64,000 nucleotides of DNA from Zancudomyces culisetae HAW-14-8 (Eukaryota; Fungi; Kickxellomycota), in contig JBNJNM010000022.1 of the NCBI GenBank assembly GCA_052426225.1, forward strand, positions 1 through 64,000, read 5' to 3'. The first letter of the stretch is position 1; the number at the start of each line of letters is the position of its first letter. This document shows, piece after piece, positions 36,682 through 48,965 of the stretch. The notes beneath the pieces are model-generated. The model saw only the letters and a program-made list of their open reading frames with translations, was not told where the DNA came from and ran no database searches. The translations under genes and the position numbers were made by a program.

Positions 36682-37621
36682 GTAAAATAAAATAACCACA
36701 CTTCATTCGGTTGCCATTTAAGCGATAATCAGGTTTGTACTAAATAGAGAATTAATGTTAACCAAGCTGGGCATTTTAAGGGCGTGTTTTCCACTTGAAT
36801 ATTTATAATTCTTCTATTTTTCTTGTACCATTTTACCATTCCTGACATTTATACCTAGTTGGTAAATGTGTACTTAATTGTCCTATACTTGTGTTCCCAT
36901 TATTTATATATACGTTTTGATGTTGATTATGGTTTATCCTTTGTGTGCTTTGAATTGTACAGTTAAAATACCAATCAAAATCGTTTTTTCCAAAAATTGA
37001 TCCTTCATGCTTTTCACTCCAATATATAAAAAACTCGATATTATTTCTTTAGAAAAACCAAAATAGGAAATTTCCAAGAACATCAAAAGCTAATAAACCC
37101 CTATAGATAATATTACTAATAATGCCGATGAAATGTATATCAAAACAAGCTATAGCCCAAATTAGAATATACACCCTATACTCACTGAAAACTTGTTTTA
37201 CTGTGGAACTGATGTACTTACTATGAAGTTTTATTATGTAGTACTAGGGCTGTATAATTGTCAGTAAAGGAAACGAACGGAAAAAACCAAAATTTTAAAA
37301 TCTTTTGAAGTAGGTTTTTCTCTAGGATAATTTACATATAAACATTTAGTTTAGTGAATAAGAAAGTTAAAAAATACAAACTACATTAAAAAGTACATAC
37401 CGAAGATATACATAATTAATTACTAGCTTTAAACTCAAAACTTTTTACAAAACCTTCATACAGGTTTAATAATTCAATAAATCGATATAAAAACAGGAAA
37501 AGATCATAAAACTAACACGATTGCATTACCCTGTGGCTTTTCAATCTTATCGTATTATTAATACCATCACAAACAAGGTAAGCTTCAAGGGAAAATAAAA
37601 AGATATTCAGATGACTACACA

Positions 37622-40600
37622 ATGGATGGCAATAATAATAGCAGCAGTATTTTCAACAAACTTATAACAAGCATCATGTCAGAAATCTTTGTATATGCTC
37701 AAAATCCCTGTGTGTCGCTTTTGAACAGAAATATGTACCATGCTTCGCAGCAGCTGAACACTATTAGCAAGTACATTCTCCAATATTCTTTATCATACAC
37801 AAAAGATATCACCAGTCGGAGATTGATAAACATCTTTAAGAAATACACAAAAATAAATACAAGTGAAGCCATCGGAAGGCTGGTTTTGGGAAAAATCAAG
37901 AATCTGCCCTACAAATGCGCTTTAGATCTTGCAGTAGCTTTTAGATGGGGGAGATACTAAAACTACTGTTTAAGATGTATGTAGTGATTGACATAAATAA
38001 ATCAACTGTTATATATAAGGGTACTGTATTTATGAACAAAGATGAATACTTAGACATTGACATCAGCAACGTGTTCTCGGAAGAGAATGAATCACAAAGA
38101 GAAATAATAGACATTATGATATCAAAGCGTCTTTATATCAGGCCACTAGTAGCTACAGATTTAATTCCAGAAGGATTATTAAATCAAATGTATATAGGTC
38201 TTGTGAGGGAGCATGTCGCAGCGTTGATAGATCTCTGCTCTAGCAATATCAAGCTTCCTCAAGAATTGTCTGAGAATGTTCAGGATGAAGTTAGATATAT
38301 CGATAGTAAAGGTGTAGTTTTTCGTCTACCTGGGTGCTTTTTTTGGGGTATACCAATTTTTAGCCTTTAACTACTACAAAGAATTTTGCATATGAAAATC
38401 AAAATATTTATTAATACTAATGATGAAGAAATTCAAAATGCTAATATTGACTATGATACATTTGCGGGATTTATTAAAATTGTTTTGTAGTATTCATTCA
38501 GAAATAATATGAGTATACTTATTCATGGTGTGTGTTCAGTATACCCAACTTATTTTAACAGAAAAGAAATACTATAATACCTAGAGAGTAGACGCCCTAA
38601 TGATGAATAGTGGCTCATATCTGGTATAGTAATATAATATGGTAAGGAGTTTTTTGTGAAAGAAAAACTTTTCAAAGCGGACGTAGGCTCTGAAAATATT
38701 GAAAAAGTAACAAAATTGGTTTATAAAAGTAGTAATTCTAAATCTTTTTTTTGTTAGCTGAATTCATTGAATAAATACCACATCTAACTACAAAAAAATT
38801 CTATCCATCATCTATCTAACCAAGTCCTCTCTGTCACTCTAGAAGCTATTATGCACATCGGACGCTGACTCAATGACATCTATTAAAGCTCTCCAGTTTA
38901 AATAAGGCTAATTTCAAAGTCTTGGGAAGCGCGGTCACGGTCGGAACGAGGCTAAAACCCAATAGGGTAATTATATTTCTTATTCGTATCCGCAAGAATT
39001 TTAGCTAAGTTTATACTAATAGTGATTCTGAATTTAACAAATTTATACGAAATGTGGATTTATAGATAGATGTAGGGGTAACTATCAATTCAAAGCGTAC
39101 AAAATCCCCAGCTACGCCTGTTCATATTGCGAGGAGTTTAGTTCTTATAGCTGTACAAATGATATTCAATACTTGTTATGAAATATTAATATAAATTGTT
39201 GACTATATTTTTGAAAATAATCTACAAAATACATTAAAAGATATCGAATACAACCAGGTCTGTGTATTCAGATACAAAAAACATATCGAGATCTTGAAGG
39301 ATAAATACTACGAGCTAGTAAAATCGAAGTTGATGAACCAAATCTTTAAAATTCTGAAGCTTATAATAGAATATAGATTAGATATCAATTTAACTGAAAG
39401 TCTTATTTTGAGAACAGTATGTAAATCGGGTAAGCTATACTAGGTTGATTAATTTATCAGTAATGATTCAAAGTTAAAGCGAGGATCAGGTGAATTTGAT
39501 AAGGCATACAAATCAGATATAATTAAATTGTTGAAGCATTGAGTAGGGTATGATAGTGTAACACCCAAATATCCTGGGGATGAATTTATTAACATGAGAT
39601 GTTATTGAGCAATTTTAATATGGTTAAATCTTTGAAGATGATGGAGAAGGTTTGGGTGACCTAGAACATGATGGAGTCAGGTTTGTGTGTATATTGGGAC
39701 TTAAAGGCGTCTTAAAATATCTCTTGAATAATGATGCACTGATAAATTGTGTTTATCATCATCAATTATAATATAAATGTGTAGTTAAAGATACTGAGTT
39801 GGTAAAGTGTATTTTTGAATATTAAAGTGGTTTGTGAGTATTGGAAACAAAGAACGATACAAATGTAAAAAAAGAAAAAGAATTAACAGATTGCACTCTT
39901 TCGAATCATGAAGACCCTAACCGTTTTGGTTATTGCAGCATTACTAAAGTCTTAGTTGAAAATGATGAACCTATCCAAAATAGCGATTTATTGAATGTAA
40001 TAAAGGCGACGATTGTAGTTACCAGTGTTGAACTTCTCAAACTAATTCTACCCTACACAATAAATACCTATTATAATTTCAAAATACCAAGTCTTTCGGT
40101 CTAATTGGAAAGCACTGGAGTAGTGAAGGTAGTTTTGGAAAATGGAATAGAGATTAAATAAAACGCTGGTATTCTAAACATAACACTGGTGTCTAAAAAC
40201 GATGGGACTATCAGACTACTGATTATATATAGTACAAAAATGCACAAAATTTTAGACTGATTAAATTATTCCAAGCTAGACAACATTGAGACTCTCTCAT
40301 TATTGTTGGATTGTTACCCTAGCGTTAGAGATAACCCCTACCTGCTTAAAATTCCATTTAAAAACGAAAATATTGAAATGTTAAAACTACTATTTGAAAA
40401 AGATTCTAACCTGGTACCAAATAGAAATTTTGGAATTTGGGAGACATGTCGCTGCAGAAATATAGATATGGTCAAGTTGTTGATGAAACATAGAACCAAT
40501 GCGGATTATTATATCGGATCTATCACAAAAATTGCGAGTGAAACCAATGATTGTGATTTGGTTGAATTTCGTCAATATAAAGATATGATGGTTAAAAGAC

Positions 40601-40623
40601 GGTTTAATAATTTTTTAATCTAG
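37622..40623 (+). pseudogene. Decayed ankyrin-repeat gene with an F-box-like N-terminus
   Basis: N-terminal LITSIMSEIFVYAQNP; ankyrin-like helices (LKLIIEYRLDIN, GVLKYLLNNDALIN, ENIEMLKLLFEK, RNIDMVKLLMKH) in broken frames. Confidence 0.65.
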
Positions 40624-42297
40624 TATGTTTGATATTACTATTAAAAGACTTGGTTAATAAATGGCTGTGTAAACAAAAAAATGAATTTTCGCCTTTTAAT
40701 TGACTAGTGACTAGCTGTTTCAAGAGTACAAACACGGCTGAATATGTTTTTTTCAACAACAAACGATAAATCGCAGATCAAATAAAGTATCCGGAGCAAC
40801 AAATCCCAGAAATATTTATGATGGGAAAGGCAAAGAGTAGAGAAGAGAAAAACAGTTATCCCGAAATACCCAATCGAGTGATCCAAATCTTTATTTTCAG
40901 TAGCTATTCACTTTTTAACAATAGCCACATAGATAATGATATTTCTGGACATTTGTAGTTTGCGTTCATGTACCAATACAAGATTCGCTAGTTTTTGGCA
41001 GAAATAAGAGTGCATGAGCTGTCAAAAGTACTATTTTAAGTATCTGTGTGAGTTTGATTACCATTTTTGCTAGAATCTTTTGGTGATTTTTTTAATTTTT
41101 TTGTGGGTCCTAGAATAATTAGTATAACCGACCAGAAATGAAAAGTTTTACTGGGTAAGCTGAGCACAATGTTCTTACAAATGTATCTTGCTGTATGACA
41201 GCTATCAAAGTCTTGTTTTCCTATAAATAATCATAGCACGACATATTTATTGAAAATGATTTTATAAATCCATATAGCACAGGATTTGCTTCCCAAGGAT
41301 TGGTAGCTTGGATTGGCTGCTTGTCTTTTATCACATCCGCTGGTTATTTTTAGAAAATCTGATGATTTCTTGCAAGAGAACCCATGAAAACCAATATAGG
41401 TTCTAGAATTGTAACTACTTTTCTCTCTAAAAAAATCAATGCTTAACTCACATAAAGAAGGATGGATCTAAAGAGGTATTAGAATTATTGATTTTGTAGA
41501 ACCAGGTCTTTGTTGGTTTCCCTTTATTTCCATAGTGTAACAGTTAACGGTGCAAGTTTTTTTTCTAATTGCGATTCTAAAAATAATACTCTATTTTTAG
41601 AAATATTTTCCATCACTTCGGATCTTTTAAATCCTGTAATAAATCACCTTTGCTAATAAATTATGTTTTTTTAAATTTAGATGCCATAAATGCTATTACT
41701 AAATTAAACTTGATATTATTAAAATGCCATCACTCAGAATCTGAAAGGAAGAAATAAAATATAGTGTTTATTTTGTATTGGATATTAATTACAAAATTAT
41801 TTCAATTAATCATTGTAAGCTGAACTCAACCAAAAAATAAAATATACATAATAACAATACACAAGTTACTAGTATTTTTTCTAAAGGAATCATCACATAG
41901 AACGCGTTCATAAAAAGTAAAATATGAAAAAAAGCTAAAGATAGCCAAGATATGTTACATAACTTGATTAAATATATCCATGCTATTATTTCTAGGTTCA
42001 TTTTCATACTATTTTAAGATGGTTGTTTATAATTTTTCTAAAATTAGAATACTTTTGCAAATCTCAACTAAAAATGCTATAACGCCACCGCTTTAATGGT
42101 GTATTAATGGTGCTATAAAGAAAGGGAAAGAGATAAAAAAGTATAAAAAGGGTCAAAATATCAGTCAAAATAAAAAATCATCAACAGTTGAAGATTCTTC
42201 AAGTATCAATTTTAAGCATAATCACAATCATTTGTATTAAAATACCGCATTAGCGCATCAGCTACACACAACGCACATTTTAAACTAGATATCAAAA

Positions 42298-42693
42298 ATG
42301 GTAAAGTCAACACTCGCACTCTTCACTGCCGCAGTTGCCACAGTTTCAGTAAATGCTGCATTCGCCCCAAGACCAAGAGCAAATGTCGGACCTATGCAAC
42401 CACCAATGGAACAGGTCCAGGACTTTGGAAGATATGCTCCACCATCTCGCCCTGCCTTTAACAACCGCTTTGCCGCTCCAGCCTACCGCAAGCGTGCTGA
42501 CGAGGAGGAGGAAGTTGCACCAGTTGACGATGCTGCTCCAGCCCAGCCTGCTGATGCTCCAGCAGATGGTAGCGAAGCAGTAGATGAAACTGACGACCGT
42601 TGGTGGTACGGACGCTACGGCTACCCATATTACGGTGGATACTATGGATATCGTTACCCATACTACGGTGGATACTACGGATACTACTACTAG
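42298..42693 (+). CDS. Secreted precursor of a Tyr/Gly-rich peptide (copy 2)
   Basis: Near-identical to 29554 over the first about 75 aa and about 160 bp of upstream DNA including the TATA box. Confidence 0.92.
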   Translation: MVKSTLALFTAAVATVSVNAAFAPRPRANVGPMQPPMEQVQDFGRYAPPSRPAFNNRFAAPAYRKRADEEEEVAPVDDAAPAQPADAPADGSEAVDETDDRWWYGRYGYPYYGGYYGYRYPYYGGYYGYYY

Positions 42694-43334
42694 TTTTAGA
42701 TACCTGGGGAATCTCGATTTATATTTTATCCATCTACCTTACCATGTTATGTAGAAAATTAACACTACTAAATAAAAATGTTTAGAAATTATTCATAACG
42801 TTCGAGGTTTTCGAGATTAACCAATTATCAACTCTACAATAATATATTTTTTATAACTAAAGTAGCATGTACAAGCTAACCTTGTTTCTATGTAGCATTC
42901 TAGATTTCTAAAATCAGTTTATCGTCAAAGAGAAACCAATGATACTGTGTTGATATAGTATCTACTTTAGATTGATTTTCAGCGGAAATAATACCCTTAG
43001 CTCAACACTCGGTGGGTATGAGGTTCTCAGAAAGACTGAGATACCACAGTTAGTTGTATATTATTAAAACTTTATATCAACCAGTCTTTTTAATATTTAG
43101 TAGACATTTCATGAACAAATCAACGGTTTTATTCAAATTAACGATTATCAGTTAAAATGTCATGAACCACTTTTGATATTTATTTTAAACCAAAATACTA
43201 TCTTTTATTTTAGATAAACCGCTTGGTGCTTTATTCAAGCACAAGCTATAAAAATTTTAGAAAAATATTATTTATTCACTAAACTTGGTTCCAAAGTAAT
43301 GATTTATTCAAAGTATAAATGAGTACTAGAACGT

Positions 43335-43765
43335 TTACACACTGGGGATTTGACCAAATGATACCTACTTCATTGAAAGCGGACAGATTTAAGATCTTCT
43401 GGGACGTTCAACATACCTATATCTAAAAATCTAGCGTTTACCATGCATACACCCATACAATCCCTCTCGCTGCACATCACCACTGCTCCGGACCTATCTG
43501 TCGGACTAAGACATTATTCTGATCTGCTCTGTTTAATGCTATAACATTTATGTTTTACTATATGGAATTCATCTACTGCAACACCTGAAAAATCATATCC
43601 TAAAAATATTCTGGCGCGCAGAGCTTAGAGTTCAGCTTAGCTGATTTCTTAGCAATTGAATTTGTGAGAGGGGCTAATGTTTACTTTACCATTTTTAATA
43701 CCTGATACAAATGTGAGTTTTGCGTAGCTAATACAATAATGGTGTATACGAATAACTATGAACAT
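43335..43765 (-). pseudogene. Pseudogene paralog of 30609-31001
   Basis: LRARIFLGYDFSG..KHKCYSIKQSRSE*CLSPTDRSGAVVMCSERDCMGVC..PEDLKS, with stops and frameshifts. Confidence 0.88.
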
Positions 43766-45385
43766 AATTCGATGTTGCTTAAAGAGATTCAATAGCTGAT
43801 GTTTTCTTTAAATGTTAGATATTGTGAGCCACCTACTTCCACGCCTTTTCTCCAACTATACTTTCTCTCCTATAATACTTATGAAAAGCATTAAAAAGAC
43901 GACCTACTGGTATTTGAAATAAAGTCTTGTAGTGCTATAACTTTAGAAACATCTAAAATAGTTCAACTCTTAAAAATACCAAGTTGAATATAGATGCACT
44001 AGGATGTGATATATTCTGGTAAGCTATGTAATACACTGTTTCTATTTTTAATCTCGACGATATTTTAGCATTTTCAAACACAATAAAATGTAGTGGTACT
44101 GCTAGAATGCGTGCATTTATGTAGACGGTTTGTACAAGATAAAGCAGATTGGCATTTATGTTAAATCACTTCTAAAAATAAAATTACTGCTATTAGAATC
44201 CCCATTAATATTAGAAAAAGGCATACCTCCATCATGTGCACCAAAAAAGGTATAAATCCGACAAAAGGGCCCAGTTTGCAAATATTCAGAACCCATTACC
44301 CATTATTTTCACTTTTATCGACAAGGGGTAGTCATTAATTATTTTTCAGATTGCTAAATAGTCACAACACTGTTATTATCTCGACTGGGCGCCTTTAGAT
44401 CCTCCCCTAAGAACTATTAGACATTTAACAAAACAAGGGGATAAGGTAAAAGACGAGTAGCAAATTCAGATTGCAAACCTTTAGGAAGGTAAACCTTTCG
44501 CTATTTAGATTAGACCAATCATCTTGTCATAAAAAGCTTCTGTAATAATAGACAGATATACTAAATCAGATTATAATGGTTATCACACTGTCAAAATATC
44601 TCTACGTTGGTGGTACTCTCAGCTTACTTAATAATAAGTATTTTACATCAGTTTGATGCCACTCTATTGTATACCTAGATAAGTGTGCAAAACATACAAT
44701 TATAGATAGAGACAGGATGAAATTAGATTGTCAAGAATGTCTTTAGTAATAATTTTAGGGCCAAATATCATACGTATTTCTTACTATTAACATTATCTGC
44801 CTCAATAATTCAACTAGTTGAGTGAAATGAAAACCTAGTATTATCACCATGCAAATATCAAGATTCAATTATGTCACATCAAACTCTCGTACATTTTTAG
44901 CTCAAGAAATTGGTAATCTCTCAGGAATCAGCAAACATTACTTTAATCTTGTTTTTTAATTCACTTTATCTACCTTGTTTTATTTCTTTAAAAATCTATA
45001 AATAACTATCGGTCTCTATGCATTCATTTACGCATAGTTATTAGATATAAATACATCTATATTGATATGAGCTCTACCTAATTTCATGATATTGGGCAAA
45101 TCAACAATAGTAAGTATCTAAAAACTACATAAGCTTAAAAATATGGAATAGTATACGCTTATAATAGTAACAGGATAAGTGACATACAACAATTATAATG
45201 CCATCTTAATACTTCCAAACATTGTTCAAGCATATTTTGTATGAACATGGTTAGGAATATATCTCTTTGTAAGTGAAAGGTATAAAAGAAGCAACTTTTT
45301 TCGAGATTGAAAGTAGCCTATATCAGACTTCCTTTAAAAATCAACAGCCTTAACTATAATTAAAATGAAAAAACAGATACTAAAA

Positions 45386-45807
45386 ATGATAAGGTCAGTA
45401 ATTCTCAGCACTCTGATAGTTAGCTCAACCTTTGCTTTTGATTCACGCAATATAAATAGTCGAAGTTTGCAAACACCAGGCGGAAAAAATGTTTAGATCC
45501 AGCTTTAACGAGGTTAAATCCATAAGTGAAAAAAAACGAGGCTTGACTTATATTATACCAGAAGCTATGGCGATCCTTGGCTACCATATACGCCAAATCA
45601 AAAAAGTTCTACTATAAATAACATTTTATTTGTAAGAATGGGTGATTTGCGTGGAATAAATGCGGCAACATATTCTACAATAGAGTTGATTGTACAGGTA
45701 TATTAACTGTCATGCGTAGATTCAGTGTGACCGAGGTTGTTCATGTTGATCCTTTAATGAGTAATTGCCCTGCATTTTCTGTATTCTGGATTAATTCGCA
45801 CTTTTAA
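45386..45807 (+). pseudogene. Pseudogene of the crystallin-like secreted family
   Basis: MIRSVILSTLIVSSTFA matches the 20249 signal peptide; ends RVDCTG...AFSVFWINSHF*; several internal stops. Confidence 0.62.
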
Positions 45808-47180
45808 ATGGTTTAGTCATAGCCACTTGCGGAAATGTTCTCACTTTCAAGAGTTGACACCAGGTTGATTCATCATATTACCGAAATTAGTATTAAAATT
45901 TAAATCTATAATAACGACTAGAATTTTTTTGAAAAGGAGACTTGGTGGGTTTTATCTCGACTTTAAAACTATTTGAAAATTTTACATAAAATATATAGAT
46001 TTATTTAGCTGAAATGAGGTACAAAGGATGCTAAGCCTAAATTCCTATATAGCACCAAGAACTGCCCAACTAATTTAGATGTTTTTTTTGGTTATACAGT
46101 TATTTAGAGCATTCAGTGAATAAATAACTTTAAAATAGCTTTTCAAATAAATATTTAAAAAGTCTAAATGCTACCATAGGATTGAGACGAACGTGTTAGA
46201 AACAGCACTGTTGATCAAACACAAATGTACCATAGGTTGGGTAGTCTCGGATAACGGCGTTTTGAGTTGAGGTTCTTTTTAATTCAATAATATATGTTAG
46301 ACATTAATAAGCTTTAGACTACAAAAGTTATATTTGTTAATTATATTATTGAGATGCTGCGTATAAATTTTGAGTTTGGAATTTTAATTTAAAAAGGCGA
46401 AAATCAAAGTAGCTGGAACGAAAACAAACTATTGGGTTTAGTTACTAAAACTAAATAAAATATATTAGTGTACTTTTTATTCAGAAATATTAATATCCCA
46501 TTGTGATAATATTTACTACTGTTATTTAGTGGTGAAGACTCCCGTTGGCAATTATATGAATTTGTAATTTCTATTCATTTGCTTAATACCTCTAGTTTCA
46601 TCCATTCCATCTGACCATCCTAACGCTGTTTTTATACAATATCTCTAATATAAGTTTTACACATTTAAGATGGTACAGAACCCAAGAGGAGAGGAAATCA
46701 TAGTTTTTATTTATATAACTTTAAACTGTAATAATAATTACAGTTATTATTAAGAATTAACAGGGTTTATTCTGTTATATAAACTCATTAAAAGAGCAAC
46801 ATATAAATAATATTAGTAAAACGTCCTACTACACCACCGTAAGCAGAGCTATAGAAAACAACTACTTTCAGCTTAAATAGCGATATCATGACGTCCTAAC
46901 AAATTTCTCAAGAATGGGCTCCTATCTTCAGGTTCTGTATTTTTGTCCTAAATTAAGTGGTACTTTTTTCTGTTAGTTCACTATTGGTGTATTAGCTATG
47001 TCATACCATTTTTATACAGTCTTTTATATAATTTTGGTAGGCCTTCCAAATTGATGTAAAACAACAAATGGTGGTTTGAAAGCAGATTTTGTACTTTAAA
47101 ATGCTCTTTTTATTTAATGAGTCTAAGAGATATTCTATGTTTGAGTTAAAATCTATGGGAAATAATAAAAAATATGAAAT

Positions 47181-47639
47181 TTAGTAATAGGGATTAATCC
47201 ATGTTACAGAGCTGGCAGTAGAATTTGAAAGCTCATCAAAGAGGTAAGGGATGCTGCTTGAAATTCTTCTAGGTAGCACTCTACATTTCCCATTGCAATC
47301 CTCCTCCACACATGCAACTATGGCTCCTTTGTATTTATGCTCACTTCCTACTTTGAGCGAATAGATGTTGGGTACATTATAACACTCATTGGGCCTGAGG
47401 TCAAACTGTTTTATTGGGTTTTTAAACTCCGTTTCTCTAAACAATTCAATACCTAAACCTCTGATTCTACGCCTTCTTTTTCTTTCCCCATCCTCATCAT
47501 CATCATCTTTTCCTAATGCAATCTTGAGGTTGTAATCGTCAATGTTATATTTACCCAGTTGCTGCGTACCAGAAAACTTGTTAAGTGCGGCCAAACTTGA
47601 ACCTAAAAATAATATGCTGAGTACAACTGCTTTAGTCAT
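47181..47639 (-). CDS. Small secreted protein, putative beta/gamma-crystallin-like family
   Basis: Signal peptide, acidic then RKRRRR pro-region, IELFRETEFKN..CYNV..SLKV..GAIVACVEEDCNGKC..SVTW. Confidence 0.85.
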   Translation of the reverse strand: MTKAVVLSILFLGSSLAALNKFSGTQQLGKYNIDDYNLKIALGKDDDDEDGERKRRRRIRGLGIELFRETEFKNPIKQFDLRPNECYNVPNIYSLKVGSEHKYKGAIVACVEEDCNGKCRVLPRRISSSIPYLFDELSNSTASSVTWINPYY

Positions 47640-48965
47640 TTTTTCTTTCTTTCGGTTTGCTTGCTCAATAATAATGTTTACGAACGTGGTGGCAAAATGG
47701 TGCTTTTTGTTTTTTTTCTGTTATAGAAAATTGTTGCACTTATATAGTTTTTAAACACCAACTGAAGATATAAAAATGAATAGTTGTATACAATGAACTA
47801 GAAGGGGTTATGAATTGTATATTGTACTCTGTTATATTATAACTTTAATACCTTAACATATGATGTTGATCAAGTATATTGCATGTCATTTTATAAAAGG
47901 TAGGTGACTTGTCCTAAGCAGGTTCTAGTATTTCTTTTATTTTTTTTTTGCTCTACATTTTAACTAGAACATTTAAAGCTATCACTTTTTTGTTCTATTA
48001 TTAGTGTTCAGAGCTATTCGTTTATATGAGTTCGTTTAATGAACCTGACATCATTTACTATTGATTGTCATCTTTTAATTTTCAATTCTGCCTATAACTT
48101 TGGAAAACATATCATATAGTTCCAATTAATTCTAACACTGAAAATCTATTATAAATTAATTTTTTTCGAGGCAAAAGCTCCAGATGCAATTTTTATTGTC
48201 ATTTTTCCCATTCACAACTATGTATTAGTATTTAACATTTTAATTTTTTTTATTTTAAATTTGAAATTTTGTCCAGAAACCCTGCTTGGTGTTAGTACAC
48301 GAAAAATATCGACATGACAATAATTGTGCAATCTTTAGTAGGAAGCATTTTACGTGACTATATTTTTCACTAATTATATATCCAGTCTTTTACTGAATTC
48401 AACATTAATATTAGAATTTAAAATAATTCGTTGAGCTTCCTTAGATAAATGATTTGCAAAAAAAAAGTGATCTACCTATATAACTATAAATCCAGATTCA
48501 TTAATATAGGTGGAATACTTAAATGTCCGATAACACTGTTTAACTATTACCGCTAAGGATTTAAAAATTAATCATTAGTAAGTGAAGTAAATGAAAGTCA
48601 TGTTTCTGGAATATCGGAATTTTAAAGATATAATTTAGCTTTGGGCGAAAGCTGAAGGGTACTTTCAACACAAAGTATAAACTGAACATTTAAACCAACG
48701 AGGAAGCTAAAAGCTACTGAACTTTCAAAGTATTTTATTTGTTTCATTCAGCCGAGTACCAACGTAGCTGTATCCCTTGTTTGTAAAAACAAGGAACGCA
48801 CCAACTTTATATGGAACTATAGATTAATGTATAGGAATATATTTGTTTCTTTAATACACTTTTTGTGAAGTATAGATTTGACAAAGGTACTGTATTGTAT
48901 TGTATTGTATTAAACGCTTTAATAATGCAAAAATATCAAATAAAACCCCTCAATAAGCATATTTA

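Noticed and set aside
40690-41420. Coding-like remnants on the minus strand (e.g. NPWEANPVLYGFI); similar patches near 28.7-28.9 kb and 36.7-36.9 kb
   Set aside because: Possibly old pseudogenes, but I cannot assign a family or boundaries without a translated search.
43158-43169. TGTCATGAACCA identical to the start of the element C LTR
   Set aside because: Only 12 nt, with no continuing homology, second terminus or TSD.
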